A stretch of DNA of 63,552 bases, filler included, from Rhabdomonas costata (GCA_019059605.1; 26 parts of 26 records of this genome joined end to end with filler, not necessarily neighbours in it); one strand, 5' to 3'. Positions 48,984 to 62,880 are shown, counted from the whole stretch's first letter. Numbers and translations: made by a program. The notes: generated from the sequence alone by a model not told the origin.

Positions 48984-51328
48984 GTCGCAACATGGGCAGC
49001 CGTCGCAGCTACCTCCATGCCCAGCTCGATACCCACCATCCGGAAGGTGGCCCGAGACTCAAGGTCCAAGGGCCCCGAGTCCAAAGTCAAGGTAATCTTC
49101 TGACCCCCGGCAACTCCGAGCACCAAAGTTCAGTTTTGCCCAGGTGAAGCTGTACACGAAGGAGCTGAAACCAAGCCTGGTACGCGCCCACCAGGAATCC
49201 ACTTCTCGGAGAGAGGCAGCAAGCAGACACACGTCATCCGCGTAGCTGGTTGATGCAAGATATGAGTCATCCAACTTCACCCCAACCTGCTGAGCTCCAG
49301 CCCAGCGGTGAAACGGCTCAAAGAGGATATTCAGGAGGTCGGGACTGGCAGGACACCCCTGGGCAAGCCCATTGGCCATAGTCCATTCCGACCCATCAAC
49401 TTGGCCGTAGCGGAAACGGTGCCGGAGGTGGGCATAGAAGTGCTTGAAGCACCGGATAACCTCCGAAGAGATGCCCGTCTCCTCCATAACGCCAAAGAAT
49501 GCCCACCAAGAAAGGGAGGGAAAACATTTCGCCACGTCAAACTTGACGAGCCATAGAGGTTCTCCGCGCCGCCGCTGGAGCTCAATAACGTCGGTCAGCA
49601 GCTGGGCCAGGTGCAGCGTGCTAGACTGTGCCCGAAATCCCATAATTGAGGGGCCCAAATAGGAGCCCTGGAGTATCGGAGCCCAGCATAGGATAATGCC
49701 CTTGGCCCACAAGCGGTACAGCACATCCAGGACGGTAATAGGTCGTTGGTCCTGGGGCCGAGTCCCGCCCGAGGCCTTGGGAATCATGGCGACGTAGGCA
49801 CGCAGCATTTCCTCCGGCCAGAGACCCTCCTTTTCCACTAGGTTGAGCAGGTCCGCGACGTGGGAAAGAAAGTTCTCCGGGAGAGACTTCCAAATCCCCA
49901 GAGGGATGCCTCGGGAGCCAGGAGAGGAACGCTCCCGCATGCCACCTAAAACAGCTTGGACCCTGGCCAGGGTCCAGCTCTCATGCGGCCACGTACACCG
50001 AGGAAGGTGGCCAAAGAAACGGGAAGTTCGAAAGGCAGCCCAACTGGAGGCGGAGTCCACCGCCTCGTGCATCCTCCAAACTCCTTGGACCCAATACGAA
50101 CGTACCGCCGCGTCTACGGCCTCGAGAGAGCAGCACTGCTGGCCTTTCTCGTCCAAAATGGGCGAAGTACCCCAGGAGGAAGACTCACCTCCCAGCCACC
50201 GGTAAACCAGACCAGGGCGGGTCTTCCACAAATGCGGGAGGTGATCTTGCCAGCGCCGGCGTCGCTCCGCCCGCATCTCCTGCACAGAAGTCGTCAGGTC
50301 CTGGCGCACCGCGATGATGCTGGCCTCAAACCAGTCTTGAAGAGCAACCCGCGAGGAAATAGGGGGGCGAAAGCCACGGTGGCGCAACTGAGCCAGCAAC
50401 TTCAGCAGGGGGGTAGAAAAGCAACCCAGAGCGAAGGGCGTAGCCCGGAGTTCACGTCGGAGAAGAGCGAGACATTGGCCCAAGAGATCGAGGGAGACCC
50501 GCAACCGCCGAACATCCTGTGACTCGTAGGCGAGACGGCGAACAGGGGGGCGAGCAGTCCAGCCTCCAGCGAGGTCCACCAAAGCGTCCAGCGCCGCCTG
50601 TATCCGGCCAGAGACGCACTGAGCGGTCAACCCGCCGCCAGAAGACAGAGAGGAGAGGGCGCGGAACGCAGTAGACCGTTCCCACCTCAGAAGTAACTCC
50701 TGCCAGTCCTCAGAAGCCCGGAGCTCCACCCCCCGTTGAGTAAGAGAAGGTGGCAGAAGGGGACGAGGAGCGTGCCAGGACATAGCCCACCTAGAACAAG
50801 GCTGTAAATCCACCACAACGGGGGAATGCCCCCCATCCATGACTCCGGAGGCAAAGCAAACGGCGTGAACCAGCGCGAGAGCGGAACCGTTTCCAAGGGC
50901 GAGATCACACCGGGAGTGCATGACCGTGGATTGGTTGGGCATGGCGAAGGTGTAAGCCCAGTCTGCCGGAGACACCGCAAGCTGCAGATCAATGAGGGAA
51001 CCCCCAGGGCCAAGCAGGCGACTGAGCAAAGGGCAGAGAGGCCCAGTTCCCGAGCTGTAATCTCGGTCCGGCGCCACCGTGCCATTGAAATCGCCAAGGA
51101 GAAGCGTAGGTATCTGCATGTCCAGCGAGGAAACGAATTCCAAGAAGGTGGACGTGAAGACCTCGCGACCCGGATCCCGAGGAAAAGGGGCATATACGGT
51201 GAACACCCGTAGGCCCAGAGGAAGTGCGGGTCGGCGAGGCACCAGTACACCATGGAGGCGAGCCATTGCATGAAGCCGGCGCCAAGCTGAACCTTGGGGA
51301 GGCAAAGGAGACACGGCCACCCCACCAC
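48984..51328 (-). mobile_element. Non-LTR retrotransposon ORF2 (APE endonuclease + reverse transcriptase), truncated by contig ends
   Basis: 753-aa ORF with VYAP, LLLGDFN, SRCDL and GHSPV (APE), and IPKA...QRPITVL, KFDVAKCF, GLAQGCPASP and YADD (RT). One frameshift near 49195. Confidence 0.95.
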
Positions 51329-51428
51329 NNNNNNNNNNNNNNNNNNNNNNNNNNNNNNNNNNNNNNNNNNNNTTAATTAATTAANNNNNNNNNNNNNNNN
51401 NNNNNNNNNNNNNNNNNNNNNNNNNNNN

Positions 51429-52189
51429 GGGGGTTTGGTATCTGTGGGCACCTTCTCCAAGCTCCTTGGCCCTGGCCTGCGCTTTGGGTGGATGCAGTCC
51501 GCACCCGCTTCCCTTAACAAGCGCTTCGACAGTTGGGGCTACATCGTTTCTGGTCTGCTTGTCTCTTTCCAGTGGGTTCCACTATAGGGGCTGTGTGTTC
51601 CCCCTTTTTTTTCATGGCTCATACGCATTGGTCGCCTGCTTTTGGTCTGTGGTTTAATTAGTTGTCGCAAAATTCTTTCCGAGACCTTTTTCTTTTCGGT
51701 TTGCTGCTATGTTGAAGTGGCCGTTCCTTTTGGGGATCCCACCAATTGCAGTAAGAAAGCTGGTGCCGACTCTCAGGAAACTCGCCGTGCCAGTTCCTCG
51801 GGAACGCCCTGCAGCCCCTGATCGCCAGCGACCTCCTTCCAGCGCACGTCGCGCATGTCCGAGCCACTCTGAGGCGCCGTGCGGAGGTTCTGTGCTGCGC
51901 CCTGCGCCGGCACGACCCCAGCAAGCTGTGCTCGTTTGCCCAGCCCACCGGGGGCTACTTTGTTTGGGTGGTGCTTCCGCGAGGCGTGGACGCGCTCAAG
52001 CTCAGCGACGCTGCCGCCCGGGAGGGCGGGGTGCAGTTCCTGGCGGGTGGTCGGTGCTCCCCTTCCAAGGGGTGTGAGAACATGGCTCGGCTATGCTTCG
52101 CGTACCTGGAGACAGAGGCGGATTTGGAGGAGGCGGCACGGCGCTTCATGTGTGCGGTTGCCGGTGCAGTACCTCCCACTGAAGCGTGA
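51429..52189 (+). CDS. Class I PLP aminotransferase (2-aminoadipate transaminase/MocR-like), last two exons 51429-51552, 51777-52189
   Basis: VSVGTFSKLLGPGLRFGW (PLP lysine motif), then in phase QPTGGYFVWV...GVQFLAG...MARLCFAY. Confidence 0.88.
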
Positions 52190-53019
52190 CATCGGTCAGG
52201 AAAGAAAGGAGGACAGAAGACGCATCGCTGCTTTTTGTGTAAGTGCACCATTGGGTCGAATATATGTGTCGGTTTTTTCAGAGGTCGGTACAAGGGTCTT
52301 TTCGAGCCATGGCCAAATCGGTGTCTCCACGCGGTATGTGTATCCTCTGCGCACATCGGGCGAGCGAGCGCCGGGAGCAGGCAAGCAATTCGTATTCCAC
52401 CCGAGGGATGCACAAACACGGACAATTTGGCGCCCTGACAGAGCCCTCTCACACGCCTGTGTCCCTGGCCACTTGCCACCACATGGGGGTGAGTGCCGAT
52501 ACACGCCCAGACACGGAACCTGCACCTGGATGGATGCGTGGGCGAGAAGGAAGGGATCTGGAGATTTCTGCTCGGAGCGTACACACACTTTGCTCATGTG
52601 TCTGTATCCATCCTAACAGATTGCGAGTAAACTCAAGCTTGATTTTCACACAACGTTCTTTAAATACGAGCGAACTCCATCGTCAGAGGAAGTGAGCATT
52701 GACCTTCTCCCTGTCAAATGGAGCGGTCCTCCACGAGGAACCAGGGTTGTATGCACCTTGATCAGCGCTTTCCCCATATCGCATTTGTTGAGGCTTCGCC
52801 ACCCAGTGCTAAAATTATCGCATATCTGTCCTTTATATAACGTGATCTATCTGGAGATTGGGGGGGTTGGGAGGGCTTGCGGTGACCTTACTTTCACTAT
52901 TTTTGATTCGGTTGCCTTTCTTTCCTTCTGATCCCAGCGTCTGTGGGTGCGCTCGCTGTTGCTTTCTTGTGCGTTGCGGGGTGGGATACCGCTGGTTTAA
53001 GTCACTCCTGACTGTTGCA

Positions 53020-53418
53020 ATGGCTTTGATGGTGGACACGTGGAGCGTGGAGCAGGTCAGCCTGTGGCTGCAAAAGGAGGGCTTTGCGGCCTACGTCTCT
53101 GAATTCCTTGACAACGGTGTGCGGGTCTGTCGACGAGGTTCTGTTTCTGCGGGAGGGTAACTCAACCGCCGCTCCAACTTTTGGAGTCGCAAGAACTTCC
53201 TTATAAGATTACTTAAACGTCCTTGGGCATCAAAGATCTCCCCTCGACTTTTTCGTCAGTTGGATATCTCCAAAGTTCAAAGAAACGGGCGGCGGCGGTG
53301 TCGCTTAAGTAGGCGGGCTCATCATCACGTCACAGGTGTGGACGGGCGAACTTTGCTCGACCTGACGCCTGAGGATTTGAAGGACGAGCTGGAGATTCCC
53401 TTGGCGTTGGACCGCAAG
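53020..53418 (+). CDS. SAM-domain protein, first two exons 53020-53116, 53336-53418
   Basis: WSVEQVSLWLQKEGFAAYVSEFLDN|GVDGRTLLDLTPEDLKDELEIPLALDRK is a classic SAM fold sequence. Confidence 0.88.
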
Positions 53419-55447
53419 GCATGGGCACCCTTCGCCTCCCTTCCTCCAGTGTGTGCTTAAACTGCGGTCCCAAACCAGAAGTGAAACTGCCAACCCGGGT
53501 TTACTTTCTTTCTCTGAAGGTGGCGTGGCGAACAGAGAAGACATCTGTGTCAGGTCAGAAGAGGTAGAAATCGAAAAGAGAAATTGTTTTTTCAATCTTT
53601 GGATGCGAGAAGTGGACATCACAGGCAGCGATTGTATCGGAGATTTTTTGGGGAGCTTTTTTGGTTTGTCTTTGTGCTTGGTCGTGGCAGAACATGTACT
53701 CCGCGATTCAGCGGCTGCGGCAGGCCCCGGCTTCCCAGCCCCACCCCCCACCAACCCCAAACACACCCACCACNNNNNNNNNNNNNNNNNNNNNNNNNNN
53801 NNNNNNNNNNNNNNNNNTTAATTAATTAANNNNNNNNNNNNNNNNNNNNNNNNNNNNNNNNNNNNNNNNNNNNGGGGGGTTTGCTTCGCTAAAGGGTTCA
53901 CAGGTTTTTGCCCTATACCCACAAACTGCCCGCCGTCGGGAAAGTGCCGCGGAAGAATGACAACCCCTCCATCTCGGTGACTGTTTACCTGGCCTGTGCC
54001 TTAAAAGTGTCACCCTGCTGTCCAATTCTCCACCTCAAGCAACTTCCCATCTTTTGTGTGGAACCTTAAGGGACTGCGTCGGGCACTGGTCTCCCGCCTG
54101 ATGTATTGTTGTCGCGCAAAGGCAGCTCAAGAACTGTGAACTGTTCAGCTTTTGCCAAGTTTTCAACGACCGCTCCCCATCCCCCAAAAAGAAAGGGTCG
54201 TCGCTCGGCGGATTTGTGTTTCGGTATGTTTTTCGCAGTTCTGTGACCTTGCCACCGACGATAATCAGCGACTCCAACGGCAGTGCGCCGTGCGAGCCAT
54301 GTAAAGACTGCTGCGCAAGTGCTCTTTCCGTGGAAACATCCGCCACCGTGTCGGCAAACGATGCAGTGGCCACCTCAGAGGTTCATTCAGACGGACACAC
54401 TCCGGATTGCCCACAAACGCAAACTCTTTCCTCGACCCAAGGGGACCTTTTTGGAGTGCAGCAGGAACAACAACCGGGGTAATGGCCGTTGCACTCGGCG
54501 GGATGGCTGTCTGTGCTGAGTCGTGAAGTTGCGGGTGTTTGTGCATGACTTTTCGGTCGATTTGGAGTGCTTCGTTCGGGTCATCCCACTTCCTGCAGGA
54601 CTATCTGCTGTCTGTTGTCAGCAGAATGTCGTTCCCTGAAGAATCGAAATGACATGAATTGCCTGGTAATAAGTGAGATGCAGACCTCTCCCTGCTCTTC
54701 TCAGTTGATGCTGCGGGGTTTCCCGGTGCATGTGTTGAGAGGCAGCTTTCCATCCATCTGCACAGGCACTGTCCTCCTCCTTCTAGTTCCCCTGCTCCGC
54801 CATTCACAATCATTGTCGAGCCAACCAAGCGCTGAAAACGTAACGCTGCTGAATACTATCTCCGTGGACCCGGCAATTGCGAATGTGTGCTATAGAAAGC
54901 ACTTATCAGCCCAGTTTGGCGCTTCATAGCCTCTACCAGCTCTCCAACGCACATTATGATTTTGGCGACATTATGCAGCAGACAGCTTGGATAATGTGTT
55001 TGAGGAGCACTGGTATTGTTCCTATTCTTGTTCACCATTGTCGCACAGCGAAGATTTTCCCCCAACCTCATAAAAACGCCAGTAAAGCTAAAATGTCTCA
55101 TATAGGCACAATTTCACATAAAAGGTCTCGCTTGATGGAATCCTTTCGATTCACCAAATTAAAAATGTCCACCGCAATACTTTTTTCGGTGCTTCAGGTT
55201 TATGCTTGCTGCGTAGCATTGCTCAGCAAGAGCCCTGACGACGGGCAAGCCCTCTCTCTGTTTGTGGGTACACCCTTCTCTCCGCAGAGCTGTTGTTGTC
55301 CACACACTGCAGTTTTGGAAGGGACCTTTTTTGCTCGGGCGCCGCCGTCACTGGACGGCTTTACCCGAGCAGGCGCCGCGGTTATCCCTTCCTCCTCCCA
55401 GAAGTGTGCCGTGCGGAAGAACCGGAGCGGTCTGACGCCATATCGAA

Positions 55448-55573
55448 ATGGCCTCCTCGAGCGGCGAGCAGCCCACAGATGCTAAGCCGATGAAGGACCT
55501 CTGGGGTTCTTCTTCGAAGCCTATGAGCTCAAGGCTGAGCCATCGCATTAACAAGAAGGAGATTTTGACCAAG
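55448..55573 (+). CDS. Probable exon of an unknown gene
   Basis: MASSSGEQPTDAKPMKDLWG...KKEILTK ending at AAG|GTATTT. Confidence 0.35.
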
Positions 55574-56318
55574 GTATTTGTTTTTTTACATTTGTACTCA
55601 CCCTTTTTCTGGGATGCTGTGGTGGTCAGGAGACGGACCATTATTCCAACGATATTAGCAGAGGATTCCAGAATGTCTTTGACCCAAGATCCAAACGGTA
55701 ATCATTACCCTGGTTCCTGGTACAGGGCACCCTCCCCCCCAGCACACACACGCATACACACAAACAGACAATATTTCACAAGACCCATTCTCTATTTGTG
55801 ATCCGCTGCCTATTCCGCCTGAACTCGGGAACTTTCTCGGTATTTTACTTAAACGTGAGGAGCCTTGGACTTTGCTCAGATGAGGGGCGCAAGGTTTCAT
55901 GGACTTTCTGATTATTCTTTCTCAGTGGTAACTCGCCACGTGAGCTTTCTTTCAAGGAGGCCGCTGGGGGAGGGGCTCTCTAGTTCTCTCCGACGAGAGC
56001 ACCTGGGATTTTCTTTGTCACCAGTCCCGGTGCAACGAAACTCCTCACAGCCATACGCACCGCACCGTCTGTGTTGCTCGCAGCTCTTTCCCCCGGCACC
56101 GTTCCGCGCCTCGCGGCCCAGTGCGCTGCCCGCGGTGAAGCGTCCCGATGCCGCGCTGTCGTACAACCCGTCCCGCAAGGCTCACTCCACCGCGGAGCGT
56201 GACACACCCCCCCAAACCNNNNNNNNNNNNNNNNNNNNNNNNNNNNNNNNNNNNNNNNNNNNTTAATTAATTAANNNNNNNNNNNNNNNNNNNNNNNNNN
56301 NNNNNNNNNNNNNNNNNN

Positions 56319-56507
56319 GGGTTTGTGGTCACCCAGAGGATCCGAAATCTGGAGGGGTACCGAGAGGTTCCTATCATTGCAATGACCGCGGCAGTCTCCG
56401 AAGAGGACCAGGCCGCCTGTAAGGAGAGTGGGATGACCCACTTCCTGGGCAAGCCCGCGACCCTAGCATCGGTGCGAGCCGTGCTGGTCCAGGCCTCAGT
56501 AATTTGA
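56319..56507 (+). CDS. C-terminal response-regulator receiver domain of a hybrid histidine kinase (3' end)
   Basis: TQRIRNLEGYREVPIIAMTAAVSEEDQAACKESGMTHFLGKP; PIIAMTA and GMxxFLxKP motifs. Confidence 0.9.
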   Translation, partial: GFVVTQRIRNLEGYREVPIIAMTAAVSEEDQAACKESGMTHFLGKPATLASVRAVLVQASVI

Positions 56508-59318
56508 CGTGGAGGGTGTTTCTTTTTCTTTTCATTCATATGGAATGAGGTTATGGTACACACTGGCAATCGATTGGCTTTGTTCTCTCTGCCACTCGGT
56601 CGATAAGCTTGGACTCCTGTCGCTTTTCTAAGCTTTCCTCCGTTCTGTAGAACCACACCTCCTGGTCTGTGAAGATGGCACTCAAAAAGCCACATGGTCG
56701 CCAGTGCCTCCCTGTGATGGCTGGGCTGTGTTGTGGATTCGCACTGTTGCTGTTTTTTTTTGGGGGGGGGCAGTTGCCGGTACTGCCCGTGTATCTGCGC
56801 CCGCCGAGCTCTTTAGCCTTCCGGCATGTGTATATACTTTATTTTTTTTCGTCTTGCATACTTGTGTTCCCTTTTTCCATGCACACACATCCGCCTTCTC
56901 TTCACGGCTCGTTTGAAGTGAGGGGATGTGCATTTGCTTTGCGTTGGTCTCGTGAACTCAGCGGCCCCCGCTGAGTTTTTTCTTACCTACCTCATTGTTG
57001 TAATTGAGCTGTCTCCGTGTCAATGAACTACCGCACTGACCGAAGAATAGAAAAGAGTGAGGGGAAAGAAGTGAACAGTTGGAAGGGTGGTGTGCACTTT
57101 TGCTTTTTTTTGTCTGACTGTTGCCACCACCTTGTACGTAGACCCCTCCGTCCTTTTTTTCTCGCTTGCTCCTTTGAGGTCTTTGCTTTTTTTTTGGTAC
57201 CGCGCCGTGTGTTCAACAATGCGCCTGGACTCCTTTCCATGCCATGGGTTTTACTGTGCCATATGCGCCACTCAACAGTTCCTGTATTTTTTCTTTTCTG
57301 TCAGTTTGTGGTTTTCTTGTCTGCCCTTGGAATTGCGAAAATGCTAGCTTCTCCTACTTAGCAATACCAGGGGCACTTCCATTCCATTAACAGATGATTA
57401 GAGGCGCATTCCACCCAGTCTCGGGTATAGCGGTTGAATTCCCCTGTGTTTAAAGTTTGCGACGCAGCCTTTCGGTAACCATGGACTGCTTACTGTACCT
57501 GCAACAATATCGCAAAAACCTTCACAACTGAAAGTGCGGCGTCTGGAGCGAGCAAGTCCTCTTCCCAGGACGGTTCTGCCCTGCCCTCAGTGTGCTAGTT
57601 TTCCTGTTAAACGTCTACTGGTTTGTTGCTGTTTCGGTCTCAAACACGTCCTGATTATTCAGCAAGATACATGATTGGAGTCTCTTCTGCTTGCATCCGT
57701 CGGTTCCGGCCTCGCCGCGGGCTGACTTCTGCCCATAAAAGGATGCTGTCCCAATTCGATCCGAAAAGCCTCAAACCGTTTACCGCCGTTAAACGTTCAG
57801 CGCTCCCCCCTCCTCAAATAAAATTAGCAATGATGCCTTGCTTTTATATCCATGTTGGTTTTGGTGAGGGCGCTTTTGTCAGAGAGACACCGAGAGACAC
57901 CGCACAACGAGGAGGTACCGAACGTTGTGAGAAAGGGAGGTGCTAACTCTGTCTCATCTCAGCTTATCTTCCACTGACAGGGACAGGGGCTCACGGAGAA
58001 GCTGTAATACCCCTCAAACCCTCCTGTAATTGTCGCACCAATCAAACAGCACCTGTGGCTGTCCCCCTGCACTCAACCAATATCCCACCTTGCGATGTAT
58101 GCGGTTTGTGATTGCTTGCAGTGAAGGTGGTCGCTGTGACCCGGTGCACCGACGGCAGCGCCACCTTTGAGGCGCTGACCGAGCCATCGAGCGGCAGCGC
58201 CACCTCAGCGCGCGCGGCGCCGCAAAACCCGGACCAGGCCTCCTCCAGCCGCACCGAAGAGCTTGCCCAGGTGGAGCGCAGGACGGCTTCCCTGCTTCTA
58301 GTTGCAAAAAAAAAGCTACACCGTGGGCTTTCTCGGAATTTGTGGGTGTTCTTGCCGGTGAATCCAAGTTGACCTTTTAATCGCAAGCAGGCTTCGGAGG
58401 TCTGGCGTTTGAAGGGCTTTTTTTGAAGGAGGCATGCTCCACTTCTCGCCCCCCCCCCCTTCTTATGCGTTGAATGCGTTGAATTGCGCGCTGGATCATC
58501 CATCTTCCGGCCGAGTAGAGAATAATGTTTATGAGTGGTGAGCACTGCTTCCAGGCAAATAGGACTTGTGACGTGTGTGGCCGGATACGGGCATTGCCCT
58601 TGAGCTTTAGAAAGCGTGATGCCCCCTACTCCTCCACAAACACCCCTAAACACACCCAACGCANNNNNNNNNNNNNNNNNNNNNNNNNNNNNNNNNNNNN
58701 NNNNNNNTTAATTAATTAANNNNNNNNNNNNNNNNNNNNNNNNNNNNNNNNNNNNNNNNNNNNGGTTGTGTGTCGGACTTTGAACACTGGACAACTCGGG
58801 ACACCTTTAAAGTGGGTGCAGAAATTGGAATTACTGGCGAATTACTTGTTGTCCATTATTACCTCTCAAAGTTGAAGAGGAATTTTCTTTAATTGGTCTC
58901 CTTGACCCATTTTGACGATGTCGAAAAATTCCGATACGACAGATGGCGCTTGATGGCGGGGCAGGAAACACATTGACCTTTTTGTTCAGCAGTTAAAATT
59001 TTTGGTGGAAAAAAGCAGTTGTGCTTTTCCTGAGTCGGGGCGGAGCTCCCCATCTGGGGATTCCCGCCAGTTGTCAAACCAATAGTGATACAGAAAATTA
59101 GTAAATTCAAATCCCGCACAAGGAAAATTCTGCGAAAAAAAATACGCGAGAATTTTCGAGCAAAAAGTGAAAAAAAAAAGTGAAGATAGACTATTTTATA
59201 TTTCTATACACGTCTCACATCATGTCGGATAACGTCTTGTATTTTATCTCGGTATTGTGAACGTCGCTGTGACTGTCTTGAGTCTTGAAAGGTGAGGCTT
59301 GTCCGATTTTTCTTTAAG

Positions 59319-60578
59319 GATCTGCGGAAGATTGCCGCCATTTGCCAAAAGTACAACACTCTGCTGTCTGTGGACTCAACGATGATGTCCCCTGGTATTT
59401 CACCAAAGATTTGCCTTGGCACGGCCACTCATTCACACTGTTCTGTCCTCCCCCCTCCCACACACGCACATCCATGCCATGCACGCATGCACATACGCAA
59501 CCATTGTGCTGGCATTGAGTTTTTGTCTTAATTGAGCGAAACGGTGAGTTGACCCCAGTTTCCCAGTTTTCGTGTAAGTGCGCGCATGCCTCATGCAGTG
59601 CTGATGCATCCGCTCAAGTACGGGGTGGATATTGTGATGCACTCGGCAACAAAGTTTTTGAGCGGTCACAGCGATGTGATGGCAGGCATCCTCTGCGCGA
59701 AGTCTGCAGAGCTGGCGAAGCGCATCGCCTTTCTTCAGGTTATCCTTTATACCTGTCTCATCTGTTTTGCAAACCTCTCTGGCCTTTTCTTCATTGTATC
59801 TGATTTGGCACTGCCCCCAACCCAGGACAACCTGTTGAGCTGACCTTTGCGCAAATTTTAACTACCAAGTAGTTTTTCAAGTCTCCCGCTGTTTCTGCTG
59901 CATGGAACTGGAATGTAAACGCACAGGGCTTATTTGGAATTTTCATCCCCCTTTATTTTTTGTCTTCGCGCGCGCTTACATGTGTGAACACTCGAAAGCA
60001 ATCACACACTTCAAAAAGATTCATTTCGGATTGAAAAAGCCCTCGTGTGAAAAGCATTCGGTTGAAGTGAGTGTACTGGAGAGTGTCGTGGCCACAACAA
60101 CAGCCCTTACTGCTTTTGTTGTTGTACATGTGCATTAACATCAATTCAACTTTTTTTCCTTGCTAGTAACACGCAAAACTCTCCCCCAGAAAGTCGTCTA
60201 GGGGATCTAAAAACCAAGGTCAAAAGCCACCCCAAAAAGGCAACCCCTAAAAGGCAATAGTGGCATTGTAGCATAGCAGCTGATTCATTCTTGCCCACTT
60301 TGGTGTTAGCATTCCTGGGCTCTACTCTTAAGGTGTGTGTGATAGGAGACCCGGCTGTAAGCTTCGGCTCAGTTTGCAGGGCTGCAAAGGAACCGAAAGG
60401 GTCTCCCGTCCTTCTGAAGAAGAAGGAAGGGGAGGTTCATTCTCAATCAGCGCCCGAGTGCCACTTGGATGGCTTGTGGATTGCTGTGCTCTTGCTCCAC
60501 CCACTCGCAGAACGCCGAGGGAACCGCGCTGGCTCCTTTCGATTGCTGGCTGCTACTTCGTGGAATCAAAACGATGGC
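59319..60578 (+). CDS. Cystathionine beta-lyase (Cys/Met metabolism PLP enzyme), internal exons 59319-59394, 59599-59738, 60511-60578
   Basis: DLRKIAAIC...VDSTMMSP|VLMHPLKYGVDIVMHSATKFLSGHSDVMAG...IAFLQ|NAEGTALAPFDCWLLLRGIKTMA. Confidence 0.92.
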
Positions 60579-61531
60579 GTACGTGCGCTGCTTTTTCTTG
60601 CTTTTTAGTCACCTCGTATGTACGTGTTTTTTTTGTGGGCTTCTCGTAATGATAGGCTTGCCCTCCTTTTTGTGTTACTGCGTGGAGTCTACGAGAAGGG
60701 TCCCTGGGGTGAGTTTCCTTCAAAAAAGAATTTACAGCCGCGCTATAGAATTTTTAATTGTGATGGCACTAAAGAAATAGCGATAGCAACAGCAACGTTG
60801 ACAGTTTGGACGAGGGGAAAAGGCCGGCTTCAACTTCCATCCAGGCGGGAGGGACAGCTGCCTGCTCATCGTAAACAGAATTGGAAGACGTCACACCATG
60901 CTCCCAAGTCTTCCTGCCCGACTGGTGCTCCCAGCGTTGGTGGTCAGACCAGACCCTTGAGCACCACATCACGCAGTTTGAGAGGATTAGCACGGGTGCT
61001 CGACGACACCACTTTTCCGCCTCCCACACGAGTGAATGGATGGCAGAGAAACGGGATGCCACCCTGAACCATTTTTTTGCTCCGGAAGCGCACTCCCACC
61101 CAACACCCNNNNNNNNNNNNNNNNNNNNNNNNNNNNNNNNNNNNNNNNNNNNTTAATTAATTAANNNNNNNNNNNNNNNNNNNNNNNNNNNNNNNNNNNN
61201 NNNNNNNNACAATAAAGGACTCACACTCAAATTTGCAGGTGCACAGCAGGTGTACAGGTGTCGGCACTTATGGCGGCTGCTCAGTGTCCCAGTGTATTTC
61301 TTCGCGGGTTGGTGCCTAGTGCCTAGTTAGAAGGGGTTTTGAGCAGCGAAGTTCCCCGGTCCCCGGGCAATTTACCTATGATTAGGAGGGGTAGACGCCG
61401 TTCCCCGCAACTGTGACCTGAAAATCCCTATGTTCGTGGTTTTCCCCACTGCTTATCTTCCATCTCACCTGCCTTTTGTCTCGACTGTATCCAGAACTCT
61501 GACGTTGGATGGGCTGCTCTCGTGCTCTCAG

Positions 61532-62880
61532 GAGACGGCGTACCGGCTTGCGGAGGTGGAGAAGCACCTCCTGAACGACAACTTCCTGCAGGGCTGGGTG
61601 GTGATCTTCGTCGACCCGGACCGCGACTGCATGCCCACTCTCCACCGCGAGCTGATTCAGTTTCTGTGGCATCCCCACGCCCACCTTAGACCCCACGGCG
61701 CTGGCACTGAGCAGGTAATCAGCACTGTGCACTTCGCGGCACTTACGCTGCACCTGTCGTTCTGTTCTCTATGGGGGTCTGTATGTTACGTCCGTGCTGC
61801 TTTCTGTGTTGCGGTTTGCGGCGCAGGCATTTTCTCCCATCCTGCTGGTGTGGGGTCACCTGAAGCACACTTTGCCGCGCTCTGGGGCGACGAAGACCCT
61901 GAAGGAGGAGTACGAGCAGAACCCCAACATCCGCTTCTGTACTACGAAGGAGCAGATCCTGAATGAGTTCCGAGGTCTTGGCCGTGCGTGAGCTTGGAGG
62001 CGATTGCCCGGCTGTCGAAACGGCATATTCATAGAATTCGTCGTGCCGATAGGTGCCGTGAGTGATCCTCAGACTTTCCCACGCCTCGGGGAACTCTGAA
62101 CTCACTGAATGTCTTTGTACATCTCTTTGATTCTTTTGATTTGATATGTTCCTCTTCCCAGCTGACGGTCTCTGTAGTTCGGTGTCATTGACGGATTCTC
62201 GCTGTTTTTATTCTCACAACTCACTTTTGTGAACGTATTGTGCTGCATGGACGTCGTGCTACCGCATATGACGGGTGTGGGTGATAGGTGTGGTGGCTCA
62301 GTTCTAGAAACACAATCTTTGCAGCGAGTGAGTACCGTTTCAAAACATCGCATGTAGAAAAAGAGTGGCACCAAGACATGTCCAAGAAGCACTCCTTGGG
62401 ATGGTTGATTTGTATCTGGTTAGTGGCGCTTCTGCAACTGCCGTCGACATCCCGTCTCATCCGGTTCTTCAGCTTTGCAAGCCGCGACGCCACCCTCTAC
62501 TGCTTCTGTTTCTGTAAAGGACGGTCGTGTGTTGTTGCCCCGATCCCGCTGTTATCCGTGAGAATGCGCTTTGTCAGCTGCCTTGAAACGAACCTTGTGG
62601 ACCTTTATATCCGTTCGATGCTAGGTTTGGTTCCTTCATTCCGTTCGAGGATCAAGGGCCGCAAGGGCCCCGCTTTGACGGCCCAGACTTCTGCCTGGCC
62701 ACTTCCCTTTCACGGTGCTTAACCGGGACTGCGGACCCGGCTTGGGGACCGCGATCCGCACGCGCCTTGGGCGCTACCGGGGCTAACACCGAATAAGAGG
62801 GTAGTGTGTGGGCGTTAGTTCCTTGTCACAATAAAATTTCTGCTTTTTGAAATTGCACAGGTGCTTTCCCCGGACTTTAA
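61532..62880 (+). CDS. 3' end of an unknown gene; exons 61532-61714, 61827-61974, 62861-62880
   Basis: GT-AG junctions in phase: ETAYRLAEVEKHLLND...GTEQ|AFSPILLVWG...ILNEFR|GAFPGL*. Confidence 0.65.
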
